From positions 1 to 64,000 of the IMG/VR virus record IMGVR_UViG_3300044750_000003: a stretch of DNA of 64,000 nucleotides; one strand, written 5' to 3'. The DNA comes from a virus. Below, piece after piece: positions 17,107-27,866 of this stretch (its first letter is position 1; every line of letters begins with the position of its first letter). The position numbers and the translations under genes were made by a program. The notes beneath the pieces are model-generated. The model was not told where the DNA came from. It did not search any database and was given only the letters and a program-made list of their open reading frames with translations.

Positions 17107-18573
17107 ATGCCAGTAAATCCATATAATTACGCAAATCAGCCATCTACAGTGATGGGCACCACCTCGGAAGGTTTTGTAACCGGACTTGGTTTAATTGCGG
17201 ACGTACCGCAGGTGAGAAAAAAATTACTGTCCCGTCACGGGATGGACAAGAATTGGTATACTATGCTCAAGGAAATGGGTATGGGAACACCAGTAGAAGG
17301 CCCCAACTACGCACACTGGGAGCAGGATTGGATAATCAACAACTTCTTGGCAGGAACGGTAATAACACCGTCTACAGGCGCAGGAACATCTGTTGTTATC
17401 GCCCTTGATTCCGCTTCTATGTATACCACTACTGTAACAGGCTACGGAACACAGAGTTTCTCTTACCCTGCACAGTGGGACATCATTAAGTTGGTAGATA
17501 ACTCAGAGGCGCAAATCATATTGAAAGACGAAACCGTTACCCCGCATAGGATAACAGTTAAACCACGCCTTTCAACAAATGATATCGCTACCAAGCTGAC
17601 CGCAGGCAACCGTTACTGGATCACCACTAACGCCTTTGCAGAAGGTACATTAGGCGCTGACCCTAAAGAACCACGTTTATACCGTCAACAGAATAACCCA
17701 CAGATCATTAAAACAGCCTATGGTATCACAGGTTCGGCTATGACCGACCGTATGCCTGTAGTGTCTGTATCGGGTTCTGACGGTGGCAACTACATGATGA
17801 TAGTAGGTTCTGAAAGCACTGAAAAGCTGCACATGGACAGAATATCTAAAGCACTGTGGTTCTCTGTACAGGGTGATAACAACGTTACCCAAAACATGGC
17901 AGCCGCACAAAACCGTGTAGCGCCTGTCCGTACCACTCAGGGCTTGGACGACTATATCACTAACTCAGGTGGTAACCTGTTATCTTATTCTTATGGCAAT
18001 TTCGCTATGAGTGACTTTGATAACATTGGTACTATCCTGCAACGTGAGAGAGCCGGAACAAAAGCGTTTATATTGCCGATGGCTTACGGATTACGTACGC
18101 AGATTGACAATACGCTAAAAACGTACATGAACAATACCTGTTTCCAGTATGCAGCAGCAAGCGGAAAGATCAGTTCAGATATGTTTGATTCGTTCCAGGA
18201 TAAGAACGACTTCTTCCTGTGGCTGTCATTTGACGGTGTGCATAAAGGCGGTTACAACTACCTGCTACGCACTCAGGAAGAACTGAACGAGCAGATGGGT
18301 GCGGGAACAGAAGGCTACAACTGGTCAGGAGTAGGCTATGTACTGCCAATTGATATTGTACAGAGCAAGTTCGACAAGGACGCTACTGCATCAGTAGGCT
18401 ACCGTTACAAAGCATTGGGAGGTTATTCAAGGGAAATGGAACAACACTATACAGGTGGCGCAGGCTTAGACCCGGCAACATCTTCTATAGATGCCAAGTT
18501 CCTTGATATCCGTTCAGAAATCGGTTCTGAGCAGGCATTAGCTAACCTGATGATAAAATTAATAGGTATCTAA
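17107..18573 (+). CDS. major capsid protein (by position)
   Basis: 488 aa ORF after the scaffold candidate, followed by a terminator hairpin. Confidence 0.55.
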   Translation: MPVNPYNYANQPSTVMGTTSEGFVTGLGLIADVPQVRKKLLSRHGMDKNWYTMLKEMGMGTPVEGPNYAHWEQDWIINNFLAGTVITPSTGAGTSVVIALDSASMYTTTVTGYGTQSFSYPAQWDIIKLVDNSEAQIILKDETVTPHRITVKPRLSTNDIATKLTAGNRYWITTNAFAEGTLGADPKEPRLYRQQNNPQIIKTAYGITGSAMTDRMPVVSVSGSDGGNYMMIVGSESTEKLHMDRISKALWFSVQGDNNVTQNMAAAQNRVAPVRTTQGLDDYITNSGGNLLSYSYGNFAMSDFDNIGTILQRERAGTKAFILPMAYGLRTQIDNTLKTYMNNTCFQYAAASGKISSDMFDSFQDKNDFFLWLSFDGVHKGGYNYLLRTQEELNEQMGAGTEGYNWSGVGYVLPIDIVQSKFDKDATASVGYRYKALGGYSREMEQHYTGGAGLDPATSSIDAKFLDIRSEIGSEQALANLMIKLIGI

Positions 18574-18588
18574 TTAATTTAAACTATG

Positions 18589-18613
18589 AAAGGGGTGTAA
18601 AAAGCCCCTTTTT
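18589..18613 (+). terminator. rho-independent terminator after the capsid gene
   Basis: aaagggg-tgtaaaaag-ccccttt followed by a T run. Confidence 0.5.
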
Positions 18614-18634
18614 AACATAAAAACCAAAAAACAG

Positions 18635-19750
18635 ATGAGTATTTTCGTGGATAATGAGGTAGTAACCAAAAAGAGATTATTTGAGATATTGAGCGTACCA
18701 TTAGCCTCAGTACCTTCCGCAAGAGAGAAGCGTTTCCAGTTTCCTACAAGAACAGACCAAGACGGCAACAAGCGCCACTTAGGTCGTTTACTATGTAATG
18801 AATATTCTATATATGTACCTTCTTTAAACCGGGAAGTACGTGTAAGATGGGCAAACTCTCAGAAAAAGGATAAGGACGGTAACTTTGAGTACTTCCCTAC
18901 TGACAACGAAATGAAGTCAGGTGAGGGTGGCGAAGTGCTGATGAGCGACGAAATGGTATACCTGTTTTGGTATCTGTGCCCCATGAACCGCCAAAGCCCT
19001 TTCAGGAAGCCACATGCCCCTGTATTCTATGAGTTCTTAGATAATGACCACTTGGCAAGAGTGTCCAACACGAAGGACGAAACACGCATCACAGCAATGT
19101 CAATTGTATTGGGCGCGTCATCATGGCCAATGTCAAGGCTGCGTACCCTTGCAAAAGGTATCGGTATCGGCGGGGTGGGTGATATGACGGATGACGTGGT
19201 AAAATCACAGCTAAAGGACAGGGCATTTAAAGACCCGCTTACTTTTATAAATCAGGCAGAAAGCAGGGAAGTAGCATTTACAGGAAAGATACAGGAAGCT
19301 ATAGACAGGAATATATTAGTACTGAAAATGGTAAACGGTATGCAGCGGTGGTATCTTAATAATGCGGAGATCATCCCGGTACAATACGGCATAGATAGCA
19401 GAAAAGTATTGGACGACCACCTGTCAGCCAAATGGTATATGTACTCTGACGAAATAAATCAGACGTTAGACAATACAAGCGTGGCAAGTAATTTGTCACA
19501 GCCTGAGAACGATGAACACTTTGAAAACCCTGATATGATAGAAACTATTTCAGAGGTTGACAATGAGTTGTGGAGTGCCTATCAGGCATTGAAAGCCGAT
19601 ACATTTAAATTGGAAAGGGTAATGAAGTATGCCGATATGGACTTAAACAATCCGGGTATCCATACGAACAGCCGTAAAGCGGCAGAGGCATTATCAGAAG
19701 AAATAGCACTTTATAAAAAAGGTCTTGAGTTAGAGAAACTCAAAGGTTGA
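18635..19750 (+). CDS. hypothetical protein, possibly virion associated
   Basis: 371 aa ORF downstream of the capsid gene, followed by a strong terminator. Confidence 0.6.
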   Translation: MSIFVDNEVVTKKRLFEILSVPLASVPSAREKRFQFPTRTDQDGNKRHLGRLLCNEYSIYVPSLNREVRVRWANSQKKDKDGNFEYFPTDNEMKSGEGGEVLMSDEMVYLFWYLCPMNRQSPFRKPHAPVFYEFLDNDHLARVSNTKDETRITAMSIVLGASSWPMSRLRTLAKGIGIGGVGDMTDDVVKSQLKDRAFKDPLTFINQAESREVAFTGKIQEAIDRNILVLKMVNGMQRWYLNNAEIIPVQYGIDSRKVLDDHLSAKWYMYSDEINQTLDNTSVASNLSQPENDEHFENPDMIETISEVDNELWSAYQALKADTFKLERVMKYADMDLNNPGIHTNSRKAAEALSEEIALYKKGLELEKLKG

Positions 19751-19776
19751 TAATTTTTTTTTATAAGTTTTTTGGT

Positions 19777-19811
19777 AACCTATCAGTAGTGAATGACTGA
19801 TAGGTTTTTTT
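19777..19811 (+). terminator. rho-independent terminator between convergent genes
   Basis: 11 bp perfect stem aacctatcagt / actgataggtt, 8 nt loop, then TTTTTTT. Confidence 0.75.
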
Positions 19812-20748
19812 ATTTAATTGGTGGCTGTCTAATAGAATTTGCAGCAGAAACAATAGGAGATGGTGTGTTATTTACAGGCGGCAATTTATCATCAGGTATA
19901 TATTGTTTCGTTTTTGGGTCAAAATAAAACCTATCATATACCTTAAATGGTTTGCCAGCCTGTTGCATGAGAGATGCCTGAACGTAAGCAGCCTGTTTAT
20001 TTTCACCGCCATTAAACCTGTTTGCATATCCGTTAGGTTCAAAATCCCATGCATCGGATATAGATGCATAAGGTAACTTTCTAACAGGATCATAAGATAT
20101 ACCAACTTTATGACTTCCTAAATCAGCATCTAAAGCTTCAGATAGTGCCGATGATTCCATACTTGTTTTATAAAGTGGCTTAGTAAAGTCGATATCATTC
20201 ACCTGTTCAGGTACTTTTGTACGGGCTATATCTTGCAGTACAGGCGTCATATCATAGCCTTTTTTTGAATGTCGCTTATCAAAATCGCCTTTAATACTAT
20301 AACTTGGTAGAAATGGAAGATAATCAGATGTTGGGGTATATGTAGATTTAGGTAAGTTTCCTTTTCCGAAATATTGGTCAACTAAATTTGGACTTTTTTG
20401 GCCGTCCATTTCATTCATATCCTGTCCTGTATATTTCCCCTGCTTCCTAGTTAGGTCATCAACAGTATTCCCACCTCCTGAATTAGAGGCGATTTCGTAA
20501 GCCCTATTTTTTATAGCTTTACCAATAATTGGAAGATTCATTAGCCATGGATGGTTATATACTATATCTTCGGCTGTATTACCGCTTGAATATCCTGAAA
20601 TAACTGCTGGATGATAATAGTTATATTCTTTATCCGCTTCTAACTCCTTATCAGTAGGTGGTTTTGTATCTTTTATTAATGGCTTAGTACCATCTCGCTT
20701 AGCTAAGATAGGTTTTTGGTAAAATGTAGCCGCTTTAACAAATGTCAT
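19810..20748 (-). CDS. hypothetical protein
   Basis: Long minus-strand ORF. The track start at 20754 is TTG; the ATG two codons downstream (20748) is preferred. Confidence 0.6.
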   Translation of the reverse strand: MTFVKAATFYQKPILAKRDGTKPLIKDTKPPTDKELEADKEYNYYHPAVISGYSSGNTAEDIVYNHPWLMNLPIIGKAIKNRAYEIASNSGGGNTVDDLTRKQGKYTGQDMNEMDGQKSPNLVDQYFGKGNLPKSTYTPTSDYLPFLPSYSIKGDFDKRHSKKGYDMTPVLQDIARTKVPEQVNDIDFTKPLYKTSMESSALSEALDADLGSHKVGISYDPVRKLPYASISDAWDFEPNGYANRFNGGENKQAAYVQASLMQQAGKPFKVYDRFYFDPKTKQYIPDDKLPPVNNTPSPIVSAANSIRQPPIK

Positions 20749-20759
20749 AGTCAAATATA

Positions 20760-20795
20760 AATAAAAAAGCTGTTCAATTTCTCAACTAAACAGCT
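20760..20795 (-). terminator. rho-independent terminator
   Basis: On the minus strand, agctgtt ... aacagct (7 bp stem) is followed by TTTTTTAT. It lies in the gap between the two minus-strand genes. Confidence 0.5.
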
Positions 20796-20944
20796 ACCTT
20801 TTAAATTATTGGGAAGTTAGAACCTAAATAGGTCATCGTGTATCCACGTTCCTAATTTATACAGCCTGAATGAATTACATACAACTAATAATGGATGTCC
20901 TATTGCATTATGCAAGAACTCAGAAAAGGATTGTTTTGGAATAC

Positions 20945-21601
20945 TCATTTTATATTATTTATTAATATATCTTGCCAATACTCTGCACCTTGTGGAGTGT
21001 CTGAAATATAGAACGATTGTAAGATAGCCTCCTGTAAACTGTTAACTTCTAAATCAAGCTTTGTTTTTGACGTATTATCAAATGCTGCCATTCTTGCCTC
21101 TTGGTGTGGCAAATCCAATTCAAAGAAATCTCTAATTGTTCTTTTAATTTGTACTGATTTTGGCAACTGGCTTTCCAAATATGGATGTTGTTCCTCCCAT
21201 GTAGCCCCTTCCTGTTCTTCGAGCCAATTAAAAAACTCCATGATTTTAGCGTGCTTGCCTTGTGATTTTTCCTTTCCCTCATTTATGGCACAGATAGTGT
21301 TGTAAGGAACTAACCTGTTTAATATATTGTGTTTAAACAGGTTAAACAGTTCGCCAACTTCAACCGGAGCAATTGTAGTTATTTGGTGAGTTGGATTTTC
21401 AAATGGATGAGTAAAATGCGTGTTAACCCTAAACCAACCATTCCAATCTGTCATTGATGGCTTTTGAATAAACTCAGAGAGAAGTTTATCCCTTACATCG
21501 TAATCTTCATTGTTGTTAACAAAATTAACGCAATCAATCGGCTGAATGATCTTAATAGCCGGAACACCACATTCTGTGGTAATTTTAATAGTACTTTTCA
21601 T
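20945..21601 (-). CDS. hypothetical protein
   Basis: 218 aa ORF. TATCTTTG (TAnnTTTG) lies on the minus strand at 21645-21652, about 40 nt upstream of the start. Confidence 0.6.
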   Translation of the reverse strand: MKSTIKITTECGVPAIKIIQPIDCVNFVNNNEDYDVRDKLLSEFIQKPSMTDWNGWFRVNTHFTHPFENPTHQITTIAPVEVGELFNLFKHNILNRLVPYNTICAINEGKEKSQGKHAKIMEFFNWLEEQEGATWEEQHPYLESQLPKSVQIKRTIRDFFELDLPHQEARMAAFDNTSKTKLDLEVNSLQEAILQSFYISDTPQGAEYWQDILINNIK

Positions 21602-21700
21602 TTTTGTGTTTTCTATCCGCTGGCGACATTGCTCGAACGGTAAAACAAAGATATAAAATATGCCTTATGTAAATTATTAATTTTATAATATCTTTATGCC

Positions 21701-22390
21701 ATGATAAGCGTAAAATATATTTGGGATAGAATTTCAGCTTACGGTCAAAAATATCAGGTTGGACTTGATGTAGTCGCTTATTTTAATTCAGCATTAGCCG
21801 AAGTGCAAGCCGAAATTTTCAACGACTTTTCGCCATTATACGATAAGAACGAAAAGATTAAAGCCTTACTCGATGTTTGGGTTAAGGAACAGGTAGGTTC
21901 ATCAACTTCGGGTGGAGTAGTTACGGTAGGTACGGGTGCTGATGTAGTAAACAGGCCATTATCAGCAGGGTATGTATTAAGTGGCAATATTTCTTTCAGT
22001 ATACCAAACGTTACAGAAAGCGAATTAGTAGCAATAGCAAGGATACCACAAAGAACACCTGATGTAAGTAAAAAAAACGTGTATTACAGGTTTAACGCCC
22101 CGGCAACATTACAGTTTTATCCAAAGACAACCATCCCATACGATTTATTTTATTTGGTTTACCCTACAGTAGCATCTATTGCCTTTACCTTTAGTGAAAC
22201 TGATGACGAGGATATTATGACGTATGATTCTGTAAATAGTGTACAGTTAGCATGGCCTGCCTCTGCAACCAACTTAATTCTATACCTGATGTTAGAGAAA
22301 TATGGCGTGTCAGTAAGGGAAGAATTATTACAAGCATACTCAAAATATGGTTTTGTACAATCAGCACAGGCAGGGGAGGTACAGAAATGA
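21701..22390 (+). CDS. hypothetical virion-module protein
   Basis: 229 aa. First gene of the long plus-strand structural run. Confidence 0.6.
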   Translation: MISVKYIWDRISAYGQKYQVGLDVVAYFNSALAEVQAEIFNDFSPLYDKNEKIKALLDVWVKEQVGSSTSGGVVTVGTGADVVNRPLSAGYVLSGNISFSIPNVTESELVAIARIPQRTPDVSKKNVYYRFNAPATLQFYPKTTIPYDLFYLVYPTVASIAFTFSETDDEDIMTYDSVNSVQLAWPASATNLILYLMLEKYGVSVREELLQAYSKYGFVQSAQAGEVQK

Positions 22391-23001
22391 GCTTTACTAA
22401 GGCGGCGCTAATTTCTCAGGCGCTCATCAGGGTAGAAGGTGGCGCTATCACCTCGGATTCGGATGTAAGATGGGGAGAAATGGAAACCTACCTGTCAATG
22501 GCAGTAAACTACGTTATGGTAGGCCAATATTGGGCAGAGAATAAAGCAGAGGGTGGTCATAACATAAATCCATTGCTTTACACCGTTTTTGAAAATATAG
22601 CCATACAGACAGACAGTACTACAAGCCGTAAATACTTTACCTTACCAAAAAACTTAATCACACTACCTAAAGCAAGGGCATTAGAAGTAAATACGATGTG
22701 CGGGAAGATGTGCTTTCCGTTGACGCAAGGGGATAATGCTTTAGAGCAATACTATGGTAAACTTAAAAAATCTATTTCTTACTTCCCGGAAGGTCAGTTA
22801 AAGGTTTGGCTGTATAACGTTCCTGCGTTGGTAACAGCTATAAGGACAAAGCAATGGGTACATGTACAGGATTTAGCCGATACTGATTTAGTGATATTAC
22901 CATCTGACGGAGATACCAAAGTGGTTGACCTTATGGTGCAGTTTTTTACAGGAGAGAGGCAGATGCCTAAAGATTATACACAAGATTCTCAAGATAACTA
23001 A
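22387..23001 (+). CDS. hypothetical virion-module protein
   Basis: The ATG at 22387 overlaps the previous stop (ATGA). The track start at 22252 would overlap the upstream gene by 139 nt. Confidence 0.55.
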   Translation: MSFTKAALISQALIRVEGGAITSDSDVRWGEMETYLSMAVNYVMVGQYWAENKAEGGHNINPLLYTVFENIAIQTDSTTSRKYFTLPKNLITLPKARALEVNTMCGKMCFPLTQGDNALEQYYGKLKKSISYFPEGQLKVWLYNVPALVTAIRTKQWVHVQDLADTDLVILPSDGDTKVVDLMVQFFTGERQMPKDYTQDSQDN

Positions 23002-23003
23002 CA

Positions 23004-23783
23004 ATGAGCGTTGTAGCAACTGAACAAATCGTAATTGAGTTATGTAAAGAAACCGGAGAGCCTGGATTTCAAAATAATGCTACAATTTGGGGTTGTATTT
23101 TTGACGCAATTCGCGACCTTTCGCTTCACTCGATGCCTTGTTGGTCTGTAACTCAAGGGTTAACATTAAATAGTTATAATGCCCTATGTTGGCCTGACTC
23201 ATGCATAAAGCCGATCATGACATTCCTGACCAGAAGTGTAACACACGATGATGGTACTGTTGAAAAGCGTTCATTTGCCTTATCGGTTGATGATAATTTA
23301 TTAGGAACTGTAAATAAAACAAATACGGCAGGTAATCCTGACGATGTGCTATGGAAATTTTTCAGTAGTGACTTTTTCTATGCAGTAGCACCGTATGCCT
23401 ATCAATCATGGAATTTTGGACTTGGCGAAATTTATGGTTTACCAAGTGATGCCTTTAAATTGGGTGTTGTAACGCATGACCCGTCACGCAGGCAATCTTT
23501 CGTCAATGGGTGCAGGTTAGAATCAACAGATACTTTCGGAATTTTCGGAAAATCTGACGGGCTTAGTTCGTGCCCTGAATGGGTTCCATCACAGGCAAAA
23601 GAGGCTATAGAGTATTTCGCACTTGCCAAATATTATCGTACCCGTAGCCCACAATTAGGCGCAATAAACAGGGAAAACTATAAGCAGGAAATGTATCGTT
23701 TATCGGCATGGGAGGCAGATGAGGGCGTTTCTGCTTGGATTGACGCAATGAGAGCAGGAACAGTTTCAAGCCCGAAAGGATAA
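23004..23783 (+). CDS. hypothetical virion-module protein
   Basis: 259 aa, starting 3 nt after the previous stop. Confidence 0.6.
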   Translation: MSVVATEQIVIELCKETGEPGFQNNATIWGCIFDAIRDLSLHSMPCWSVTQGLTLNSYNALCWPDSCIKPIMTFLTRSVTHDDGTVEKRSFALSVDDNLLGTVNKTNTAGNPDDVLWKFFSSDFFYAVAPYAYQSWNFGLGEIYGLPSDAFKLGVVTHDPSRRQSFVNGCRLESTDTFGIFGKSDGLSSCPEWVPSQAKEAIEYFALAKYYRTRSPQLGAINRENYKQEMYRLSAWEADEGVSAWIDAMRAGTVSSPKG

Positions 23784-23786
23784 GCC

Positions 23787-26700
23787 ATGGCGGGGGAGAA
23801 AAAAATAGCAATCAACGATTTTACTGAAAGTGTAGACACGGATTCGGCAGATCAGTTCGTATCCCCTAAATCTGTCCGAAGTATGACCAATATGCGGGTG
23901 TATGGTTCAGGCAGACGCGGTGTTGCTACCTCTATTTTAGGAAATACCATTGTAGCCAATTCTCTCCCCGCAGGAATAAATAAATGTATTGGTTGGGCAG
24001 CAAATGAGGAACAGGGCAAACTTTACTACTTCAACTGGAACAGCGCAGCCAATCACGGAATTTACTTTTATGATATAAAGTCCAACACTATTACGCAGGT
24101 ATTATTGAACCTAACCGATACCAATGGAGTAGATATTTTACATTTCGACACTAACTTTCCTATCTATCACGCGGACGTAATACAGGATGACCTTTTATAT
24201 TGGTGTGATGGCTTAAATAAAGCCCGTAAAACGAATATATTACGCTGTATAGATAAGAGTGCCACAGGATATGGAACGGTGATTACAGAGGACTTTATTA
24301 CAGCCTATAAGCAAGCGCCTGTTTACAGCCCTACATGGGCATTTATTACTGACCTGACCAAAAGTTCAAACTACCTTTATGGGATACAGTTTAAGATGTG
24401 TTACCGCTTCTATTATTTCGATAATGAGCAATCGGACTGTTCGCCTTACTCAGACGTACCATTGCCGCCTAACGAAAGTTATTTAGGTGTAGGTAATGTT
24501 TCCTTCAACAACAACGCTATTGAGTGGAGCATGGAAACAGGGAGCAGGGATGTAACCAAGATAGAACTGTTGGTAAAGATAAATGATGATGATTGGGCAA
24601 GTGTTATCGTGCTGAATAAGGCCGACTTAAACATTCCTGATTACTCTACTTTTATCTACACTTTTTTTAATGACGGCCCATTGGTAACCGTAGACCAAGA
24701 CAAGGTATTACGTCCCTATTCTTTTCTGCCTAAAAATCCAAAGTGTCAGTCATTCCTCAACAGGGCAATGTCATACTCTAATTTTAAAGAGGGGTTGCCT
24801 GTAGTTCATATCGATGCAGATATTGTGGTTACGTTTAAGCCATTTTACCTGCCATCTGGAACCACCTCACAGTTGAACCATCCGGCATTCACTTCTTCGC
24901 TGACAAGCACAGATGAGCATGGTGGTATTTTTAACTCATGGTTTACCACGATAACACATTTTTTGGTAGGTGCTGATGTAAAGAAAGGGAACGTTTTCTT
25001 CATTCAATCTTTTGGCGGTAACGGCGCAAGACCCTTCACCTATACGGCTACAAACGCTGATACAGCAAGCACAGTAGCTTCACGTATAAAACAATGGCTG
25101 CGTACCATAGACGCTGTTGGAACGGGTACAGTAAGCGGAGAGAGTGCCGCAGGGGGTAACGCTGCATGGGACTTTACCATAGAGGCACACGAGGGTAAAA
25201 ATGCGATAACTTTTGCTACAAGTGTCACCGCTGTTAACTTTTCAACGCTGTTAGATAATGGTCTTTCTATAAACACGATTAAGCAGGGTGCATCAAGGAA
25301 GTACGGGATTATATTTTATGATGATGATGGAGTAACAAGCGATACCTATACCGCTAACTCACTTTTGGTAAGGACACCTTTTGAAACAGAGTTTGGTGCA
25401 GATGGCATTACCCCTATAGGCTTACAGCAGCCCTTACATACGATAACTATTACAAGCCTGCCACCAACATGGGCAAAGTATTTTTCTATAGTAAGGACTA
25501 ACGACACGGCTACCTTTATTCAATTACTCATTCAGCAGGTAGTAACCGTTGAGGTGGCTAACGAGGATACTTATTTGGATATGATAGTAGGCAGCTTATT
25601 TACCTATCAGCAGATACACCCCGACACGATTTTAAAATACGAGTTTCAGAGGGGTGACAGGCTGAGGCTTATCTCCAATGAGATAACGATACCACCAACG
25701 CCGTATACCCCGTATTTTGAAACAGAGGTATTAAGTTATTCCGATAATGTATTGGAGTTGGTAAATGCCAATATCACGGTAGCTAACCCGCCCTCAAATA
25801 ACGTTACACCCTCTATTGCGCCCGATGCAGGACACGTAGGTAAGTTTATTATCATCAACGATGTGCAGCGTTTGATTACAGGTATATCGGGTGCTGATTA
25901 CGTGTTAGACCAACCCTTAGTGGCCAACGTAAACTATTCAGGGGGAACAGCATCTTCTACGATTTACCCTAATTACTCTTACAGGGATACACGGGGTATA
26001 GTAAGGATTAAAAAACCACCTGCAACCTATGTTTTTGCCGACGGTGACCAACCATTAGTAGAGATATACCGACCTGAACAGAATATAGATAATGTGGGTT
26101 ATCTTAACTTTAAGGACTTTCAGCAGAAATACCCCATTAAAGACGGTGCTTTCACAGGTAATATTCAGTCACAAGACCCAAATAATCCCATTGGAATACC
26201 GTGTATCATTCAAATATCACAGGGTGATGCCTATGTAAGGAACAGGGCGATGCCTACCAATAACGATAACCCTAACCCGCAGGTAATCATTGACCAAATA
26301 TGCGATCCTAACTTTTCAGACTTTTATCAGTCTAACCTTTATGGTACAGGCAGAGTTTACCCGCAGGATCAGGGTTTTGGCATAGTTGACTTTACGCAAC
26401 GGGTACGATTTTCTAATAATTACATACAGGGAACACGTATAAACGGTCTTAATGACTTCGATAACCTCGACAGGAAGGACTATAACGACCAGTATGGGGC
26501 AATCATACTCTCAAGGATGAGAGGCGACTACGTGTTCTTTTTTAAGGCGCTAAAGACCACATGGTCACCTGTATCTAAAAGGCTGATACAGGACAACTCA
26601 GGCACCAATATTCTTTCCACCTCTTCGGAACTACTGAATGACTTACAATATTCTGCGTGGGAGGGCGGCATAGGGGATAATCCTGAAAGCTGGCTCGATG

Positions 26701-27866
26701 ACGGCAGTTACCAAAAGTACGCATCTTCTAATTCAGGGGTATTTATCAGGATAGCACAGGACGGCTCAATCCCTATTTCAAGCCTGTACCTGTTTGATAA
26801 AAAGGCACGGGATATACTGTCTAAAATATCTAAGAACAACGTAAAGATGGGTGGGGCGCATGACAGGCTGAACGGTGAGGATGTGTGGGCAATACCTGCT
26901 TATATCGATTATATATTTAATGGCAGTTTCTTTACCAACGATTGGAAAACAGCATTAGACCTTTACCCGTCAGGAACAACATGGGCAATAGTGGCACAAC
27001 CTGCACACGCTACGGCTACGGTAACAGGCAATCAAATAGCGATAACAGGGACAAGCACTTTAGGGAATGACTTTTTTACTTTTCAGGGGACATTACCTGA
27101 CAGCAGTTTAACGCCTGTTATTAAGTTTTGCTTTACGGTAATACCTGACCCTAATCCTGTACTTATTTGGGTAATCGATAGTAGTACAGTTTACTGTAAC
27201 TTCCCTGATGGGGAAAATGACGGACAGCAGGGATGGGAAGTATTGGATGAAAAGAATGTTGGAACAGGCGTTTTAACAGGAAGGACAATGCCGAATGGGC
27301 AGAATATATCCCCTGATGCTATCGTACCTAACACAGCGGCTATAACTTACAATGCCAATAGTGATATAGCACCAAGTGGCGGAAGCAACGGTGATATTTG
27401 GTATAACGGCTTATCTGACCTGCTTTATAAGAAAGTAGGTGGTGCATGGGTGCTATTGGTGAATAAGGTAGTGAATACCAATTACGTGCCAACAGTAGAG
27501 AATTTAACAGATTGCCCATTACCACCACCACCTACAGGAAACTTTACCGCTATGGGTAAATATGGAGGTACAATAGTCAGCGTATTGGATGGAACAGGAA
27601 GTGGCGTCCCTGCCGGATATAACCCGTGTAACCTTCCCCCCGACGTTGCACTAACTAAACCATATACAACTCTAACAGTTGGTACTTATCAAATGGTAGT
27701 AACAGGGGTATCAGTTGTACCGGGGCATATCTATTGTGTGATGGTTGTTAATGGTGTAAATGTTGGCTCACCACAGTTATTTACTCATGGCGGGGCTTAT
27801 ACCTTTACGTTGGGTACGGCAGCCAATGATCCTGATATTGTAGTTTTTACGTTAATTTACATGTAA
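23787..27866 (+). CDS. large virion protein (tail or nozzle class by size and position)
   Basis: 1359 aa uninterrupted ORF in the structural run. Confidence 0.7.
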   Translation: MAGEKKIAINDFTESVDTDSADQFVSPKSVRSMTNMRVYGSGRRGVATSILGNTIVANSLPAGINKCIGWAANEEQGKLYYFNWNSAANHGIYFYDIKSNTITQVLLNLTDTNGVDILHFDTNFPIYHADVIQDDLLYWCDGLNKARKTNILRCIDKSATGYGTVITEDFITAYKQAPVYSPTWAFITDLTKSSNYLYGIQFKMCYRFYYFDNEQSDCSPYSDVPLPPNESYLGVGNVSFNNNAIEWSMETGSRDVTKIELLVKINDDDWASVIVLNKADLNIPDYSTFIYTFFNDGPLVTVDQDKVLRPYSFLPKNPKCQSFLNRAMSYSNFKEGLPVVHIDADIVVTFKPFYLPSGTTSQLNHPAFTSSLTSTDEHGGIFNSWFTTITHFLVGADVKKGNVFFIQSFGGNGARPFTYTATNADTASTVASRIKQWLRTIDAVGTGTVSGESAAGGNAAWDFTIEAHEGKNAITFATSVTAVNFSTLLDNGLSINTIKQGASRKYGIIFYDDDGVTSDTYTANSLLVRTPFETEFGADGITPIGLQQPLHTITITSLPPTWAKYFSIVRTNDTATFIQLLIQQVVTVEVANEDTYLDMIVGSLFTYQQIHPDTILKYEFQRGDRLRLISNEITIPPTPYTPYFETEVLSYSDNVLELVNANITVANPPSNNVTPSIAPDAGHVGKFIIINDVQRLITGISGADYVLDQPLVANVNYSGGTASSTIYPNYSYRDTRGIVRIKKPPATYVFADGDQPLVEIYRPEQNIDNVGYLNFKDFQQKYPIKDGAFTGNIQSQDPNNPIGIPCIIQISQGDAYVRNRAMPTNNDNPNPQVIIDQICDPNFSDFYQSNLYGTGRVYPQDQGFGIVDFTQRVRFSNNYIQGTRINGLNDFDNLDRKDYNDQYGAIILSRMRGDYVFFFKALKTTWSPVSKRLIQDNSGTNILSTSSELLNDLQYSAWEGGIGDNPESWLDDGSYQKYASSNSGVFIRIAQDGSIPISSLYLFDKKARDILSKISKNNVKMGGAHDRLNGEDVWAIPAYIDYIFNGSFFTNDWKTALDLYPSGTTWAIVAQPAHATATVTGNQIAITGTSTLGNDFFTFQGTLPDSSLTPVIKFCFTVIPDPNPVLIWVIDSSTVYCNFPDGENDGQQGWEVLDEKNVGTGVLTGRTMPNGQNISPDAIVPNTAAITYNANSDIAPSGGSNGDIWYNGLSDLLYKKVGGAWVLLVNKVVNTNYVPTVENLTDCPLPPPPTGNFTAMGKYGGTIVSVLDGTGSGVPAGYNPCNLPPDVALTKPYTTLTVGTYQMVVTGVSVVPGHIYCVMVVNGVNVGSPQLFTHGGAYTFTLGTAANDPDIVVFTLIYM

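Noticed and set aside
20752-20759. TATATTTG (TAnnTTTG) on the minus strand just upstream of the 19810-20748 gene.
   Set aside because: The box ends only 3 nt before the ATG, so a normal start site would fall inside the ORF. It may be coincidental or imply a leaderless mRNA, and I cannot decide from sequence alone.
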